Assembly: GCA_963768855.1 (NCBI GenBank)
Contig: CAVYJM010000006.1
Location: forward strand, 928,001 to 992,000
Length of the DNA: 64,000 bases
Direction of reading: 5' to 3'
From: an uncultured Thermoplasmata archaeon
Lineage (GTDB): Archaea; Thermoplasmatota; Thermoplasmata; RBG-16-68-12
Positions within the stretch are counted from its first letter, which is position 1; each line of letters begins with the position of its first letter. Made by a program: the position numbers and the translations under genes. Positions 33,551 through 43,289 of the stretch are shown here, piece after piece. The notes below the pieces were generated by a model that worked only from the letters and a program-made list of their open reading frames with translations, was not told the origin of the DNA and did not search any database.

Positions 33551-34443
33551 CGAACCTGGGCCTCGTCCTGCTACTGTCCTCAAGCACGATGGCGGTGGCT
33601 GGCATCGCCCTGTTCCTCATGTCGAGGCACACCGTCCGCACCTCGCAGGGCGCCTCGTTGGCGCTCTTTTCGCATGGGGCCTTCGCCACCTCGGCCCTCC
33701 TGTTCGTCGTCAGCCTGGTCCATGTCCAGTCCCTTTGGCCCTTCGATATCCGGTTCTACAGTATCTCGCAGGCCCTCGTGGACGACTTCGACTGCGACCT
33801 GGCCCTTGACTGCGTCGCGACGACAGCGGTCCTCATCGCGGGGATCGTCCTTGGAGCGTCCATGGCGCTCGGCCAGGCGAGCTCGCGCGCCCTGCTCCGT
33901 CAGTGCCGCCGGCGCCTCGTCTGGCCGGGAGGCAATCTGCCACGGGATGGAGTCCCGTCGGACGTCCAAGTGTGGCTTGTGCGGGAGGCCCGTCCGGACG
34001 CGTTCGCAGTCGCGGTGCTCCGGCTCGACCGGCGCAGGCTTCTCCGCGTGCAGGATATCATCGTGGTTACGACGGGGTTCCGGGATCTCCTCACCGCCGC
34101 CGAGCTGCGCGCGGCCCTGGCCCACGAGGCGGCCCACGTGAAGGCGCACGACCACCGGTACCTCCCGTTCGTCCGGAGCCTCTCCCGCATCCTGTTCGTA
34201 GACCCGGTCCTCGGCTACCTGGCCCGACATCTCGCGGCCCGGTACGAGTTCGGTGCGGACGAGGATGCGGCCTGGGCGACGAAGGATCCGCGGTCCCTCG
34301 CGCGCGCCCTGTTGAAAGTCCACGATGCGGCGAGCCCGTCGGCCGGCGCGACGGCCTTCCTGGGTCACGAACGCTCCCCGATGATCGTGGAGCGGATCGA
34401 ACGGCTCCTCGATCTGGCGGATCGTATGGACCGCTCGGCCTAA
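33547..34443 (+). CDS. BlaR1/M56-M48-type membrane zinc metalloprotease
   Basis: Three TM helices, ELRAALAHEAAHVKAHD (HExxH), EFGADEDA, LARALLK; ATGA overlap with the repressor. Confidence 0.88.
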   Translation: MTNLGLVLLLSSSTMAVAGIALFLMSRHTVRTSQGASLALFSHGAFATSALLFVVSLVHVQSLWPFDIRFYSISQALVDDFDCDLALDCVATTAVLIAGIVLGASMALGQASSRALLRQCRRRLVWPGGNLPRDGVPSDVQVWLVREARPDAFAVAVLRLDRRRLLRVQDIIVVTTGFRDLLTAAELRAALAHEAAHVKAHDHRYLPFVRSLSRILFVDPVLGYLARHLAARYEFGADEDAAWATKDPRSLARALLKVHDAASPSAGATAFLGHERSPMIVERIERLLDLADRMDRSA

Positions 34444-34589
34444 GTCGGCCCACCTGGCGTCCGTACGCGGCCTTGCCACTCGGAACGATACGATGGGAAT
34501 CGGGTGCCCTCGGGTGGGACTCAGGCCGGGTCGTATCCGACCCAGCCCGAATCAATATGTATTTACCCGACTAGATGCATTCAATACCC

Positions 34590-35690
34590 ATGGAGCTCGA
34601 GACCCGCAAGGTCCAGAAGCTCGGCTACTCCAGCGTGGGCATCTCCCTCCCGAAAGACTGGGCCTCCGCCAACGGCCTGAAGCCGGGCGCGATCATCACG
34701 CTCGCGGTCGAGGATGATGGAAGCCTCAGGATCCGGACGGGGCCCCTGGACGACCGCCCCATCACCTCCGAGGCGATGATCGACGCGGACGAATGGAAGG
34801 GCCCTGAGGCGCTCACGCGGATCATCACGGGCAACTACCTCGTCGGCCGGAGCACGATCCGCGTCCGGTGCCGCGACGAGCTCTCCCCGGAGCAGCTCCA
34901 GGAGATCCACGAGGCGGTGCGCGGCTTGACGGGCCTCACGATCGTGAACCAGGGCCCGAAGTTCGTGACGATCGAGAACTTCGCTGAGCCGACGCGCTTC
35001 CCGATCGAGGGCCTCCTGCGCCGCCTGCACTACCTGACCTCGCGCATGGAGAATCTCGCCCTGGGCGTCCTCACCGGATCGAGCTCGGGGAACATCGAGG
35101 AGGTCATCCGCATGGAAGCGGAGGTGGACCGCCTGTACTGGCTCGTGGTCCGCCAGCTCCTGCTCGCCGCGCAGAACCGGACCGTTGCGGGCAAGATCGG
35201 CGAGGGCGAGCCGCGGCACCTGCTCGGCGACCGCGTCGTGGCCGTCGTCCTCGAGAACGTCGGGGACCTCTGGGAGGAACTGGCCCGTGGCAGCCTGACC
35301 CTGCTCAAGCCGACCCGGCGGATCCCCAAGGACTTCTCGAAAGCTCTGACCGCGATCAAGGAGCGGCTCGAGAAGCTCATGGACCTGACGATGACCGCGT
35401 TCTTCACGGCGAACCTCGAGAAGGCGGACGACGCCCTTGACCTCAAGGACGCCCTCGAAACCGACCTCAGGGCGTTCTCCCAGTCGTCCGGCCTCAAGTG
35501 CGACGGGAAGGGCGGGATCTGCAGCACGTGCACGTTCCTCCGGACGGTCCTCCGTCCGATCGAGCAGGTCGCGAAGTACTACGGCACGATCGCCCAGATC
35601 ACGATCAACCGGTCCCTCGAGCCCCCCAAGGGGGAAATGAGGGTCGCCGCGGCTCCGCCGACTCCGGCGCCCGCCGTCACTCCTGGATGA
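34590..35690 (+). CDS. AbrB-domain PhoU-family regulator
   Basis: ETRKVQKLGYSSVGISLPKDWA (AbrB) followed by two PhoU repeats (EAEVDRLYWL, ENVGD). Confidence 0.88.
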   Translation: MELETRKVQKLGYSSVGISLPKDWASANGLKPGAIITLAVEDDGSLRIRTGPLDDRPITSEAMIDADEWKGPEALTRIITGNYLVGRSTIRVRCRDELSPEQLQEIHEAVRGLTGLTIVNQGPKFVTIENFAEPTRFPIEGLLRRLHYLTSRMENLALGVLTGSSSGNIEEVIRMEAEVDRLYWLVVRQLLLAAQNRTVAGKIGEGEPRHLLGDRVVAVVLENVGDLWEELARGSLTLLKPTRRIPKDFSKALTAIKERLEKLMDLTMTAFFTANLEKADDALDLKDALETDLRAFSQSSGLKCDGKGGICSTCTFLRTVLRPIEQVAKYYGTIAQITINRSLEPPKGEMRVAAAPPTPAPAVTPG

Positions 35691-35693
35691 CGC

Positions 35694-37835
35694 CTACCCG
35701 CCGCGGCGGGCCGCGCCCGCGCCTCTCGACTCGTAGTCCTGCCGGAGCGCCTTCATCGTCTTCGTCTTGCCCGGGCCGGCCTGCGGCAGCTCGGCGACCA
35801 GGACGACGTCGTGCACGTGGGCGAGGAGGGGGTTCAGCCGCTCCTTGATCTCCCGCTGGAAATCCTCCCGCAGTCGCCGCGCGAGCTCGGGGTTGCCGAC
35901 CTGGGCCGGGTCCCGGGGCACCGCGTAGATGACGAGGCTGTGGCGACCCGTGTCCCCGACGTCCACGGCCACGGGCTTCGCATCGTACACGAGCTCGTGG
36001 CCCAGGACGCTTCGGATCTCCTCCGCGCTGGACTTGACCCCGTAGATGTTGACCATGTCGTCAATCCGGCCGTGGTGGCGGAAGTAGCCGCCGCCGAGGC
36101 GCTCGACCTGGTCCCCGTGGCGGCGCAGGGTCTCGCCGCCCGGTCCACGGGGCGCGTCCGCGTAGTACTCCCGATCCGGGTCGTAGTTGAGGAGGTCGTT
36201 GGCGAGTCCGATGGACGGCGGCACGAGATACACCTCGCCGCGCTGCGCGGGCCGTCCCTCGTCGAGGATCACGAAGTCCAGGCCCATCGCCGGCGTCGTG
36301 AAGCAGGACGGAGCGCAGGGCTGGACCAGGGTCCCCGTGATGTACGCCCCTCCGACCTCCGTGCCACCGCAGTACTCGAGGACGGGGCGGTAGCCCGCAA
36401 GGGACATCAGGTAGAGCATCTCCTCCGGGCTGGACGTCTCCCCCGTCGAGCTGAATCGACGGATGCGGCTCCAGTCGAGCCCATCCATGACGCGGTCTTC
36501 CTTCCAGCCCCGGACGAGCTTCGGGACGACCCCGAGCATCGTCACGCCCGCCCCGGAGATGAACTCGCCGTAGGCGCGTCGCTGCGTCGCGCCGACATAG
36601 AGCGCCATGGTCGCGCGGTTCATCAGGCTGGCGTAGGTGAGCCAGGGTCCCATCATCCAGCCGAAGCTCGTGGGCCATGCGAGGACGTCATCCGGATGGA
36701 CGTCGTGGTGAAGGTATCCGTCTGCTGCGGCCTTGATTGGGGTGGTCTGGCTCCAGACGATTGCCTTCGGATCCTTCGTCGTCCCGGAGGAGAACAGGAT
36801 GTTGGTCACGTCCGCGGGTCGGGCCGGCACCGCATCGATCGTGTCGCGGTCCCCCAGGAAGTCCTCCCAGGCGAGGTCGTCGGCTCGCGCGAGGTGGACG
36901 CTCTCCTTGCCCTCCGAAGGGAGGACGACCGTGCGCGGGGAGTGGGCCTCCGCGACCTTCTCGTAGATGGCGTGTTCCTTGCCGTCTCGCACATACGCGT
37001 CGATCGTGAACACGACCTTCGCGCCGCCGATCCGCACGCGCTTCTCGATATCGGGTGCGGCGGATGCATCCGCGATCCCGACCACGCTGCGGCCCGCGAG
37101 GAGAGCGCCCAGGTAGATCGCCACGGATTCCTGGGTCATGGGCAGGTCCAGTGCGATTCGCTCCGCGTGCTGAATTCCCATCGCCTCGAGGCCGCTTGCC
37201 ACGCGTGCCGCGAGCCGCCGGAGGTCCCCGTACGTCATTCGGCGGACGGTCGGATCCGTTTCGGACGCGGAGAGGATCGCGACGTTCGCGGGATCCGCGA
37301 GGAAGCAGCTCTCCGCGATGTTGAGCTCCGCGCCCGGCAGCCATTCCGGATGGGCGATCGGAGAGGCGGGGTCGCGGATCCGCAAGGGTTTCTTCCGGAA
37401 CACGACGCCGAGGTTCCGGAGGACCGTGTCCCAGAACTCGTCGCGGTGGTCCACGGACCAGCGATGCAGATCCCCGTAGCGCGTCAGATGGAGCTCGCGC
37501 ATCATCCGGCCGAGATTCGTGGTGTCGAGGTCCTCCGGTTCAGGAATCCAGGCCGGTCCCGGTCCGGCCTCATGGGGACGCCCCTCGTAGGCCCGATGAT
37601 AGAGGAACGACTGCGTTTCAAAGCGGGTGCGGAGGGATGGCGTGGACCGAATCAGGGACTGGAACTCGAGCCAGACGCGGACCTGCTCGTCGGGGTCTTC
37701 CCGCCGCGGGTGCCGGACCTCGATCGCACGGACCTGCTCGGAGACGACGCGCGCCTCCTCGGGTGCCAGGCCCGTCGCCGCAAGCGTTTCCCGCACGGAT
37801 GCAGGACGCACGCGCGGCGAAAGCGAGCCCGGCAC
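35694..37835 (-). CDS. AMP-binding acyl-CoA synthetase-like enzyme with an N-terminal extension (plant AAE17/AAE18-like)
   Basis: NILFSSGTTKDPKAI, WPTSFGWMMGPW, STGETS, EYCGGTEVGG, HGRIDD; start codon uncertain. Confidence 0.88.
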   Translation of the reverse strand: MPGSLSPRVRPASVRETLAATGLAPEEARVVSEQVRAIEVRHPRREDPDEQVRVWLEFQSLIRSTPSLRTRFETQSFLYHRAYEGRPHEAGPGPAWIPEPEDLDTTNLGRMMRELHLTRYGDLHRWSVDHRDEFWDTVLRNLGVVFRKKPLRIRDPASPIAHPEWLPGAELNIAESCFLADPANVAILSASETDPTVRRMTYGDLRRLAARVASGLEAMGIQHAERIALDLPMTQESVAIYLGALLAGRSVVGIADASAAPDIEKRVRIGGAKVVFTIDAYVRDGKEHAIYEKVAEAHSPRTVVLPSEGKESVHLARADDLAWEDFLGDRDTIDAVPARPADVTNILFSSGTTKDPKAIVWSQTTPIKAAADGYLHHDVHPDDVLAWPTSFGWMMGPWLTYASLMNRATMALYVGATQRRAYGEFISGAGVTMLGVVPKLVRGWKEDRVMDGLDWSRIRRFSSTGETSSPEEMLYLMSLAGYRPVLEYCGGTEVGGAYITGTLVQPCAPSCFTTPAMGLDFVILDEGRPAQRGEVYLVPPSIGLANDLLNYDPDREYYADAPRGPGGETLRRHGDQVERLGGGYFRHHGRIDDMVNIYGVKSSAEEIRSVLGHELVYDAKPVAVDVGDTGRHSLVIYAVPRDPAQVGNPELARRLREDFQREIKERLNPLLAHVHDVVLVAELPQAGPGKTKTMKALRQDYESRGAGAARRGG

Positions 37836-37882
37836 TTAAGGATGAGGCGGTCCGAAACGCTCGTGGGCTCCCGGGAGGCGAC

Positions 37883-38413
37883 TCAGGTCTTCTTGCTGTC
37901 GAACGGCTGTCCCGGCCGCTCGACGGCGAGTGCCTTCCGTGCGTACTCGAGCGCGTGGTCCACGGCGTCCCGCGGGGTCTGGACCGGCACGAACAGGTTC
38001 GCCTCGACGCCGGTCTTGTCCATGGGCCAGGTGTGAAGGGCGAACACGGTCTTGCCCTGGTCGAAGGCATGGGCCATCTCGCTCATCGTGCCGTACGAGC
38101 CGTTGATGGCGATCAGGGCATCCGCGGTGCGGATGATCACGAGATTGCGGGCCGTGCTCATGGCCGTGGCCACGGGCAGGTCGATGTACGGGTTCGCGTC
38201 GGCTTTGTTGCCCGTTGGCAGGATCCCGAGCGTGAGCCCGCCGCCACGCTTCGCCCCCTTGGCGGCGGCCTGCATCACCCCGTTCAGGCCGCCGCAGACG
38301 AGGACGGCGTCGGCGCGGGCGATGAGGTACCCGACCTCCTCGGCCATCCGGAGGCCTTCCTCCGACGCGATGTTGCCGCCGCCAATGACTCCAATCATGA
38401 GTTTTCGGGACAT
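37883..38413 (-). CDS. LOG-like Rossmann-fold protein (TIGR00725-like)
   Basis: IGVIGGG, CGGLNGVMQAAAKGA, TAMSTARN, INGSYGTMSE. Confidence 0.88.
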   Translation of the reverse strand: MSRKLMIGVIGGGNIASEEGLRMAEEVGYLIARADAVLVCGGLNGVMQAAAKGAKRGGGLTLGILPTGNKADANPYIDLPVATAMSTARNLVIIRTADALIAINGSYGTMSEMAHAFDQGKTVFALHTWPMDKTGVEANLFVPVQTPRDAVDHALEYARKALAVERPGQPFDSKKT

Positions 38414-38466
38414 GGGGGAATCTCTGTTGACGGCGCCGTCCGATAAAAGACTTTTCCGTCCGCTAG

Positions 38467-39201
38467 TCATTCCGGAGAACCAAGACCCTGGAGGAGCCCG
38501 GTCAGCCCGTCCAACGACTGGATCCAGGGGCACGGGTTCGGGGGGCTACCTTCGCGGCAGAGCAGGACCGCATGCAGTCCGGCCTGCCTCGCGCCCAGGT
38601 AATCCGCCTCGTAGCTGTCGCCGACCATGAGGACCCGGTCCGGTGTGGTGCCGGCGCGGACCAGAGCGTTGCGGAAGATTCTCGGATGGGGCTTCTCGGC
38701 CCCGGCCTCAAACGAGTACGTGACCGTGTCCAGGTAGGACGCGAGCCCCGCGTCCCGCAGGATGACCGGGAGGCGATGAGAGAAATTCGAGACCACACCC
38801 GTCGCGTAGCCTCGGTTCCTAAGGGCCTTCAGGGTGCGGACTGCCTCCGGGTACGGTCGGTACACGACGTCCCTTTCGAAGGTTGCATGGATGTCGTCGA
38901 GCGTGGCGATATCCACGTTCAGGCCCAACTGTTCCATGAGTCGCGCGTTCACGGACCGGAAGAACTCGGGCTCGAGCGCCGAAGTCATCGGTCGAATCAG
39001 GGTGACGATCAGCTCGGGCGATCGCAGGGTCTTCGAGATCGTCCCCCGGTCAAGGATGTGGCCGCGTCGCTCCAGCGCCCGCCGGAAGATCTCCGCGGGC
39101 CCCGGAATGGGAGAGAGGAGCGTGCCGCCCACGTCGAAGAACACGTGGGTCACCCCCTGGAGGGCCTCGTCACGCCCGCCGGAGCTTGGCCTCGATCCCA
39201 T
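38467..39201 (-). CDS. HAD-family hydrolase
   Basis: FFDVGGTL, VVSN, EKPHPRIF, MVGDSYEADYLGA. Confidence 0.92.
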   Translation of the reverse strand: MGSRPSSGGRDEALQGVTHVFFDVGGTLLSPIPGPAEIFRRALERRGHILDRGTISKTLRSPELIVTLIRPMTSALEPEFFRSVNARLMEQLGLNVDIATLDDIHATFERDVVYRPYPEAVRTLKALRNRGYATGVVSNFSHRLPVILRDAGLASYLDTVTYSFEAGAEKPHPRIFRNALVRAGTTPDRVLMVGDSYEADYLGARQAGLHAVLLCREGSPPNPCPWIQSLDGLTGLLQGLGSPE

Positions 39202-39757
39202 AATGATACGGTCCCGCCTCGAAGGTCCGCGTCGGCGCGAATCCCGCGTCGGCAAGCATGGCACGGGCGTGTTGCTCGTCGAGGCGGTGCGCTTTCGGCG
39301 GACCGAACTCCATCTCCTCCTTCTTCCAGTCCACGACCCCGAGACGGCCCTGGGGCCGGAGGATACGGTGGCACTCCAATAGGGTCCCCCGTCTGTCGAG
39401 CTCGTGGAGGACGCAGGCGAGGAACACGAAGTCGACGCTCGCGTCGCCGAGGGGGATGCGGTCCTCGGTCGACCGTACCGCCGTCACCTGGGGGACCCGC
39501 TTGCTGGACACTTTGGCCTGGAGGTCCTCGAGCATCTCCGGGGAGAGGTCCACGGCATACACGTGTCCGGACCGGCCGACCAGCGTGGCCGCCGGGAGGG
39601 TGAAGTACCCGGTGCCCGCACCGATGTCCGCGAGCCGCATCCCCTTTCGCAGGTCGAAGACACGCAGGATCCTCGAGGCATCCAGGTAGGACCGGCGTTC
39701 CTCGCTGTCGAGGTAGGCGCGGTGCTCGACTTCGAACTTGTGGCCTCCCCCGGTCAT
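39170..39757 (-). CDS. Class I SAM-dependent methyltransferase
   Basis: LADIGAGTGYF, VYAVDLS, VLHE, LRPQG. Confidence 0.9.
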   Translation of the reverse strand: MTGGGHKFEVEHRAYLDSEERRSYLDASRILRVFDLRKGMRLADIGAGTGYFTLPAATLVGRSGHVYAVDLSPEMLEDLQAKVSSKRVPQVTAVRSTEDRIPLGDASVDFVFLACVLHELDRRGTLLECHRILRPQGRLGVVDWKKEEMEFGPPKAHRLDEQHARAMLADAGFAPTRTFEAGPYHYGIEAKLRRA

Positions 39758-39846
39758 GTGTCCACCATGGCGGTCACCACGAAAAGCCTTGCTCCCGGAG
39801 GCGCAGCTTTTATCGCCCCAGCGCGTTCGCCCCGCAGGCGTTCGAC

Positions 39847-40233
39847 ATGGCGCGGGACCCCACGAAGACATACTTTGCAGGCAACGACCGGGACCGGGCG
39901 GCGTTCGAGGCGGGAATCAAGCTCGGTTCGATCTACCATCAGTACATGGGCGCCCCGCTGACCCGCGCGACGGCCGCGGACCTCGAGCGGGCCATCGAGT
40001 CGGCGGCGCGCGTCCAGCCCGCCGTGGAGGACGTCCGCGTGCGGATTGACCGCAAGCGGCTGAAGACCCGGGGCCCGTACAAGTATGCGACCCTGTCCGA
40101 GGACATGCTGCAGGCCGAAGTCACGGTCCGGGTCGGCGCGGCACGGGCGACCGCGGTCCTCCGCTATGTGCCCGAGCTGGACTACCCCTTGATGTACTTG
40201 AAGGAGATCCGCGGCGCCTCGACAAAGGCTTAA
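39847..40233 (+). CDS. mptD: Archaeal dihydroneopterin aldolase (MptD/DHNA family)
   Basis: RAAFEAGIKLGSIYHQYMGAP...YATL...ELDYPLMY. Confidence 0.88.
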   Translation: MARDPTKTYFAGNDRDRAAFEAGIKLGSIYHQYMGAPLTRATAADLERAIESAARVQPAVEDVRVRIDRKRLKTRGPYKYATLSEDMLQAEVTVRVGAARATAVLRYVPELDYPLMYLKEIRGASTKA

Positions 40234-40261
40234 TTACGCTCTCCCGGCTGGCGGACCTCCA

Positions 40262-42631
40262 ATGGCTCGGGGCCGTGGCGGGGAGGTCGAGGTCAAGCTC
40301 CGCCGGGACCTCGGCCTCCTCGAGATCGTGATGATCGGGCTCGGTCCGACGATCGGCTCCACGATCTTCCTGCTCGTGGGGCCAGGGTTCTTCATCACGG
40401 GCCCCTCCCTCCTCCTCGCGTTCGGGCTGAACTTCGTCGTCACGATGTTCACCGCGATGGCGTACATGGAGCTCGGGTCTGCGTTCCCGGAGACAGGCGG
40501 CGGATACCTCTGGATCCGCCGCTCGATGCGGGACCCCTGGGGGTTCCTTGGCGGCTGGCTCTCCTGGTTCGGCCACATGGTCGTGGCCTCCTTCTACATC
40601 TTCGGGTTCGGCCTCGGCGCACTGACCCTGATCAAGGTGATTCTCAACATGCAGACGATTGTCGTGAACTTCGGCGGCATCGTCCTGGGCGAGGACATCC
40701 TGATCAAGCTCCTGGCCGTGAGCGTCGCGGGCGTGTTCATCTTCCTGAACTACCGCGGGACGAAGCTGACGGGTCACTCGGCGACCGCCGTCACAGTCGC
40801 CCTCGTCGTCCTCGTCTGCCTCTTCATCGTCGCGGGCCTGGTCCACTTCGCTTTCCACGGCGGGGTGCCCGTGCAGAACTACGAGCCGTTCTTCGCCAGC
40901 ACGAACGGCTGGTCGTCCTTCGTCTCGCTGTTCGCCGCGATGGGCTTCACGTTCATCGTCTTCGAGGGCTACGAGATCATCGCCCAAACAGGGGAAGAGG
41001 TGCGCAACCCGGAGAAGAACATTCCCCGGGCCCACTTCATCGTGATCGGTGTCGCTACCGTGATCTTCGTCTTGGTGGCGTTCGTGGCGATCGGTCTCAG
41101 CGCTCCGGGATGCCTTGCGCCGGCGAACGGGGCGGGGGCGTGCCTGGTCCAGGTGGATCCCCATAACGCCGCGGGCGTCACGGGCAACCCGAACGCGATC
41201 GCGGAGCTCGCAGACCTCGTGATGCCATTCGGACTCCCCATCATCGCCTTCGGCGTCGCCCTGGGCGCGCTGGCGGCCCTCAACAGCCTGATCTTCTCGT
41301 CAAGCCGCGTCGCCTTCGCGATGGGCCGGGACGGCACCTTGCCCCACTTCCTGAGCCGGCTGCACCCCCGGAAACGGACCCCGCACATCGCGATCGCAAT
41401 CAGCGGGATCATCATCATCATCGTGACGCTCAGCCTGGACATCACGCGCGTCGCGGCAAGCGCGGACATCATGTTCCTGCTCCTGTTCCTGCTCGTGAAC
41501 TGGGCCGTCATCGTGCTGCGGCGGACGATGCCGGACGTGAAGCGATACTACCTGATACCGCTGTTCCCGCTCATCCCGATCCTCGGGATCGTCACGAAGT
41601 CGATGCTCGCCCTGAGCCTCTGGACGATCGAGTCGCCCGCCTGGTTCATCGCGCTCGGCTGGATCGCACTCGGGTTCGGGATCCACTACCTCTATCAGAA
41701 GAGGGAGGTCGTCGCCGGCGTCACGCGGGTGGTCGGTTCCGTCCTGCCGTCCGCTCGCCCGCACTATCGGATCCTCCTCCCGATTGACGACTTCGAGCGC
41801 ACGGAGCTCGTCGACTTCGCCTCCCTCGTCGCCCAGGTGGAGGATGGCGAGCTCACGCTCTTGCACGTCGTCGAGGTCCCGGAGACCCTGCCGATCGACG
41901 CAATCGACCGCCTGTACCTGAGCGAGGTGCGTTGGTCCCTCGGCCGTCTGCGGCGCCGGGCTGAGGAGGCCGGTGTCAACGTCAAGGCGCGCGTCGAGGT
42001 GAGCCACCGCGTGACCGAGGCGATCCTGGACAACATCAAGGATGAGGAGATCGACCTCCTCGTGGCGGGATGGAAGGGCGGCTGGCGCCGGGGACGCATC
42101 CTCGGCTCAAACGTGGACCGGTTCGTCCAGGAGGCCCCCTGCGACGTCGTCGTGTTCAAGGCCGCGGGGATGAAGGAGAAGCTCGACCGCATCCTGATCC
42201 TCAACGCGCCGGAGTGGCACGTCTCCTACGCGACCGGCTACGCGATCCTGCTCGCGAAGAAGCACAAGGCGAAGATCTCGATTCTGAGCGTCGTCCAGAC
42301 GGACCTCGAGGCGGAGAAGGAGAGGGCGTACTCGGCCCGTCTCGCGGAGATGTGCCGGACGCACGGCGTCCCGTTCGAGGAGAAGATGGTCCGCATCCGG
42401 AACGTCGTCGACACGGTCGTGGCGGAGGCCGCGAACTACGACCTCCTCGTCCTCGGGGCGAGCAGCGAATGGCGGCTCACCCAGTTCGCCTTCGGCCCGA
42501 TGCAGGACCAGATCGCGCGCAAGACGACCACGCCGATTCTCATGGTCCGCAAGGTGCGCCGACCCGAACCGACCGTGCCGTACTATCCCGCGACCCCCAG
42601 CCCGGAGAGCGCGCCCCCGCAACCATCCTGA
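40262..42631 (+). CDS. APC-family amino acid permease fused to two universal stress protein (USP) domains
   Basis: LRRDLG, GPTIGSTIF, ELGSAFPETGGGYL, FIVFEGYE, SRVAFAMGRDG; C-terminal LLHVVEVP...GSNVDRFVQEAPCDV and LLVLGAS...TPILMVR. Confidence 0.92.
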   Translation: MARGRGGEVEVKLRRDLGLLEIVMIGLGPTIGSTIFLLVGPGFFITGPSLLLAFGLNFVVTMFTAMAYMELGSAFPETGGGYLWIRRSMRDPWGFLGGWLSWFGHMVVASFYIFGFGLGALTLIKVILNMQTIVVNFGGIVLGEDILIKLLAVSVAGVFIFLNYRGTKLTGHSATAVTVALVVLVCLFIVAGLVHFAFHGGVPVQNYEPFFASTNGWSSFVSLFAAMGFTFIVFEGYEIIAQTGEEVRNPEKNIPRAHFIVIGVATVIFVLVAFVAIGLSAPGCLAPANGAGACLVQVDPHNAAGVTGNPNAIAELADLVMPFGLPIIAFGVALGALAALNSLIFSSSRVAFAMGRDGTLPHFLSRLHPRKRTPHIAIAISGIIIIIVTLSLDITRVAASADIMFLLLFLLVNWAVIVLRRTMPDVKRYYLIPLFPLIPILGIVTKSMLALSLWTIESPAWFIALGWIALGFGIHYLYQKREVVAGVTRVVGSVLPSARPHYRILLPIDDFERTELVDFASLVAQVEDGELTLLHVVEVPETLPIDAIDRLYLSEVRWSLGRLRRRAEEAGVNVKARVEVSHRVTEAILDNIKDEEIDLLVAGWKGGWRRGRILGSNVDRFVQEAPCDVVVFKAAGMKEKLDRILILNAPEWHVSYATGYAILLAKKHKAKISILSVVQTDLEAEKERAYSARLAEMCRTHGVPFEEKMVRIRNVVDTVVAEAANYDLLVLGASSEWRLTQFAFGPMQDQIARKTTTPILMVRKVRRPEPTVPYYPATPSPESAPPQPS

Positions 42632-42706
42632 GCGGCCTGTCTCGCGGCGCGTCCGGTGACGGTTTTTATAGAACGCCGCCTATGGGCCCCTTCGGAGTGT
42701 TGCTCG

Positions 42707-43252
42707 ATGGGTGAGGCGTTGAAGATTGGAATTACAGGCCTCCCCGGGGCGGGCAAGACCTTCTGCCTCCTCAAGGTCGTCGAGATGCTCGAGGCCGACG
42801 GCAAGAAGGTCGGCGGCATGATCACGGAGCCGATCGTCAAGCGCAATCGCCGCGAGGGCTTCTACGTCCTCGACTGGACGACGAAGGAGAAGCGCGTCTT
42901 CGCGTCGCGCGAGATCGAGTCCAAGATCATGGTCGGCCGGTACGGGATCGACATCAGCGCGCTCGAGGAGGTCGGCGTGAACGCCCTGCGCCGGGCCACG
43001 GAGGGCGCCGACGTGATCGTCATCGACGAGGTCGGGAAGATGGAGGTCGAGTCCCCGAACTTCGTCCAGGCGGTAAAGGACGCGCTCGACGCGGACAAGC
43101 CCCTCCTCCTCACGCTTCACAAGAAGTCCCGCAACCCGCTGCTCCAGGACATCCGCCGGCGGGACGACGTGCGGATCCTGGAAGTCACGATGGTCAACCG
43201 GAACCTGCTGCCCTACAAGATCGTCAAGCTGATGAAAGGCGAGGTCCTCTGA
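42707..43252 (+). CDS. Nucleoside-triphosphatase (THEP1/NTPase_1 family)
   Basis: ITGLPGAGKT, RREGF, VGRYGID, IVIDEVGKME. Confidence 0.93.
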   Translation: MGEALKIGITGLPGAGKTFCLLKVVEMLEADGKKVGGMITEPIVKRNRREGFYVLDWTTKEKRVFASREIESKIMVGRYGIDISALEEVGVNALRRATEGADVIVIDEVGKMEVESPNFVQAVKDALDADKPLLLTLHKKSRNPLLQDIRRRDDVRILEVTMVNRNLLPYKIVKLMKGEVL

Positions 43253-43289
43253 GGGCAAGGCCTATCTCGGGCGGTGCGTTTCCGGCGCC

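Noticed and set aside
34552-34586. Short AT-rich repeats (TCAATA twice; ATGTATT/ATGCATT) upstream of the PhoU-family regulator
   Set aside because: Too short and too degenerate to separate from ordinary promoter AT-richness.
19977-40233. mptA and mptD taken as evidence of methanogenesis
   Set aside because: These pterin-pathway genes are widespread in non-methanogenic archaea, and no methanogenesis genes are present in the window.
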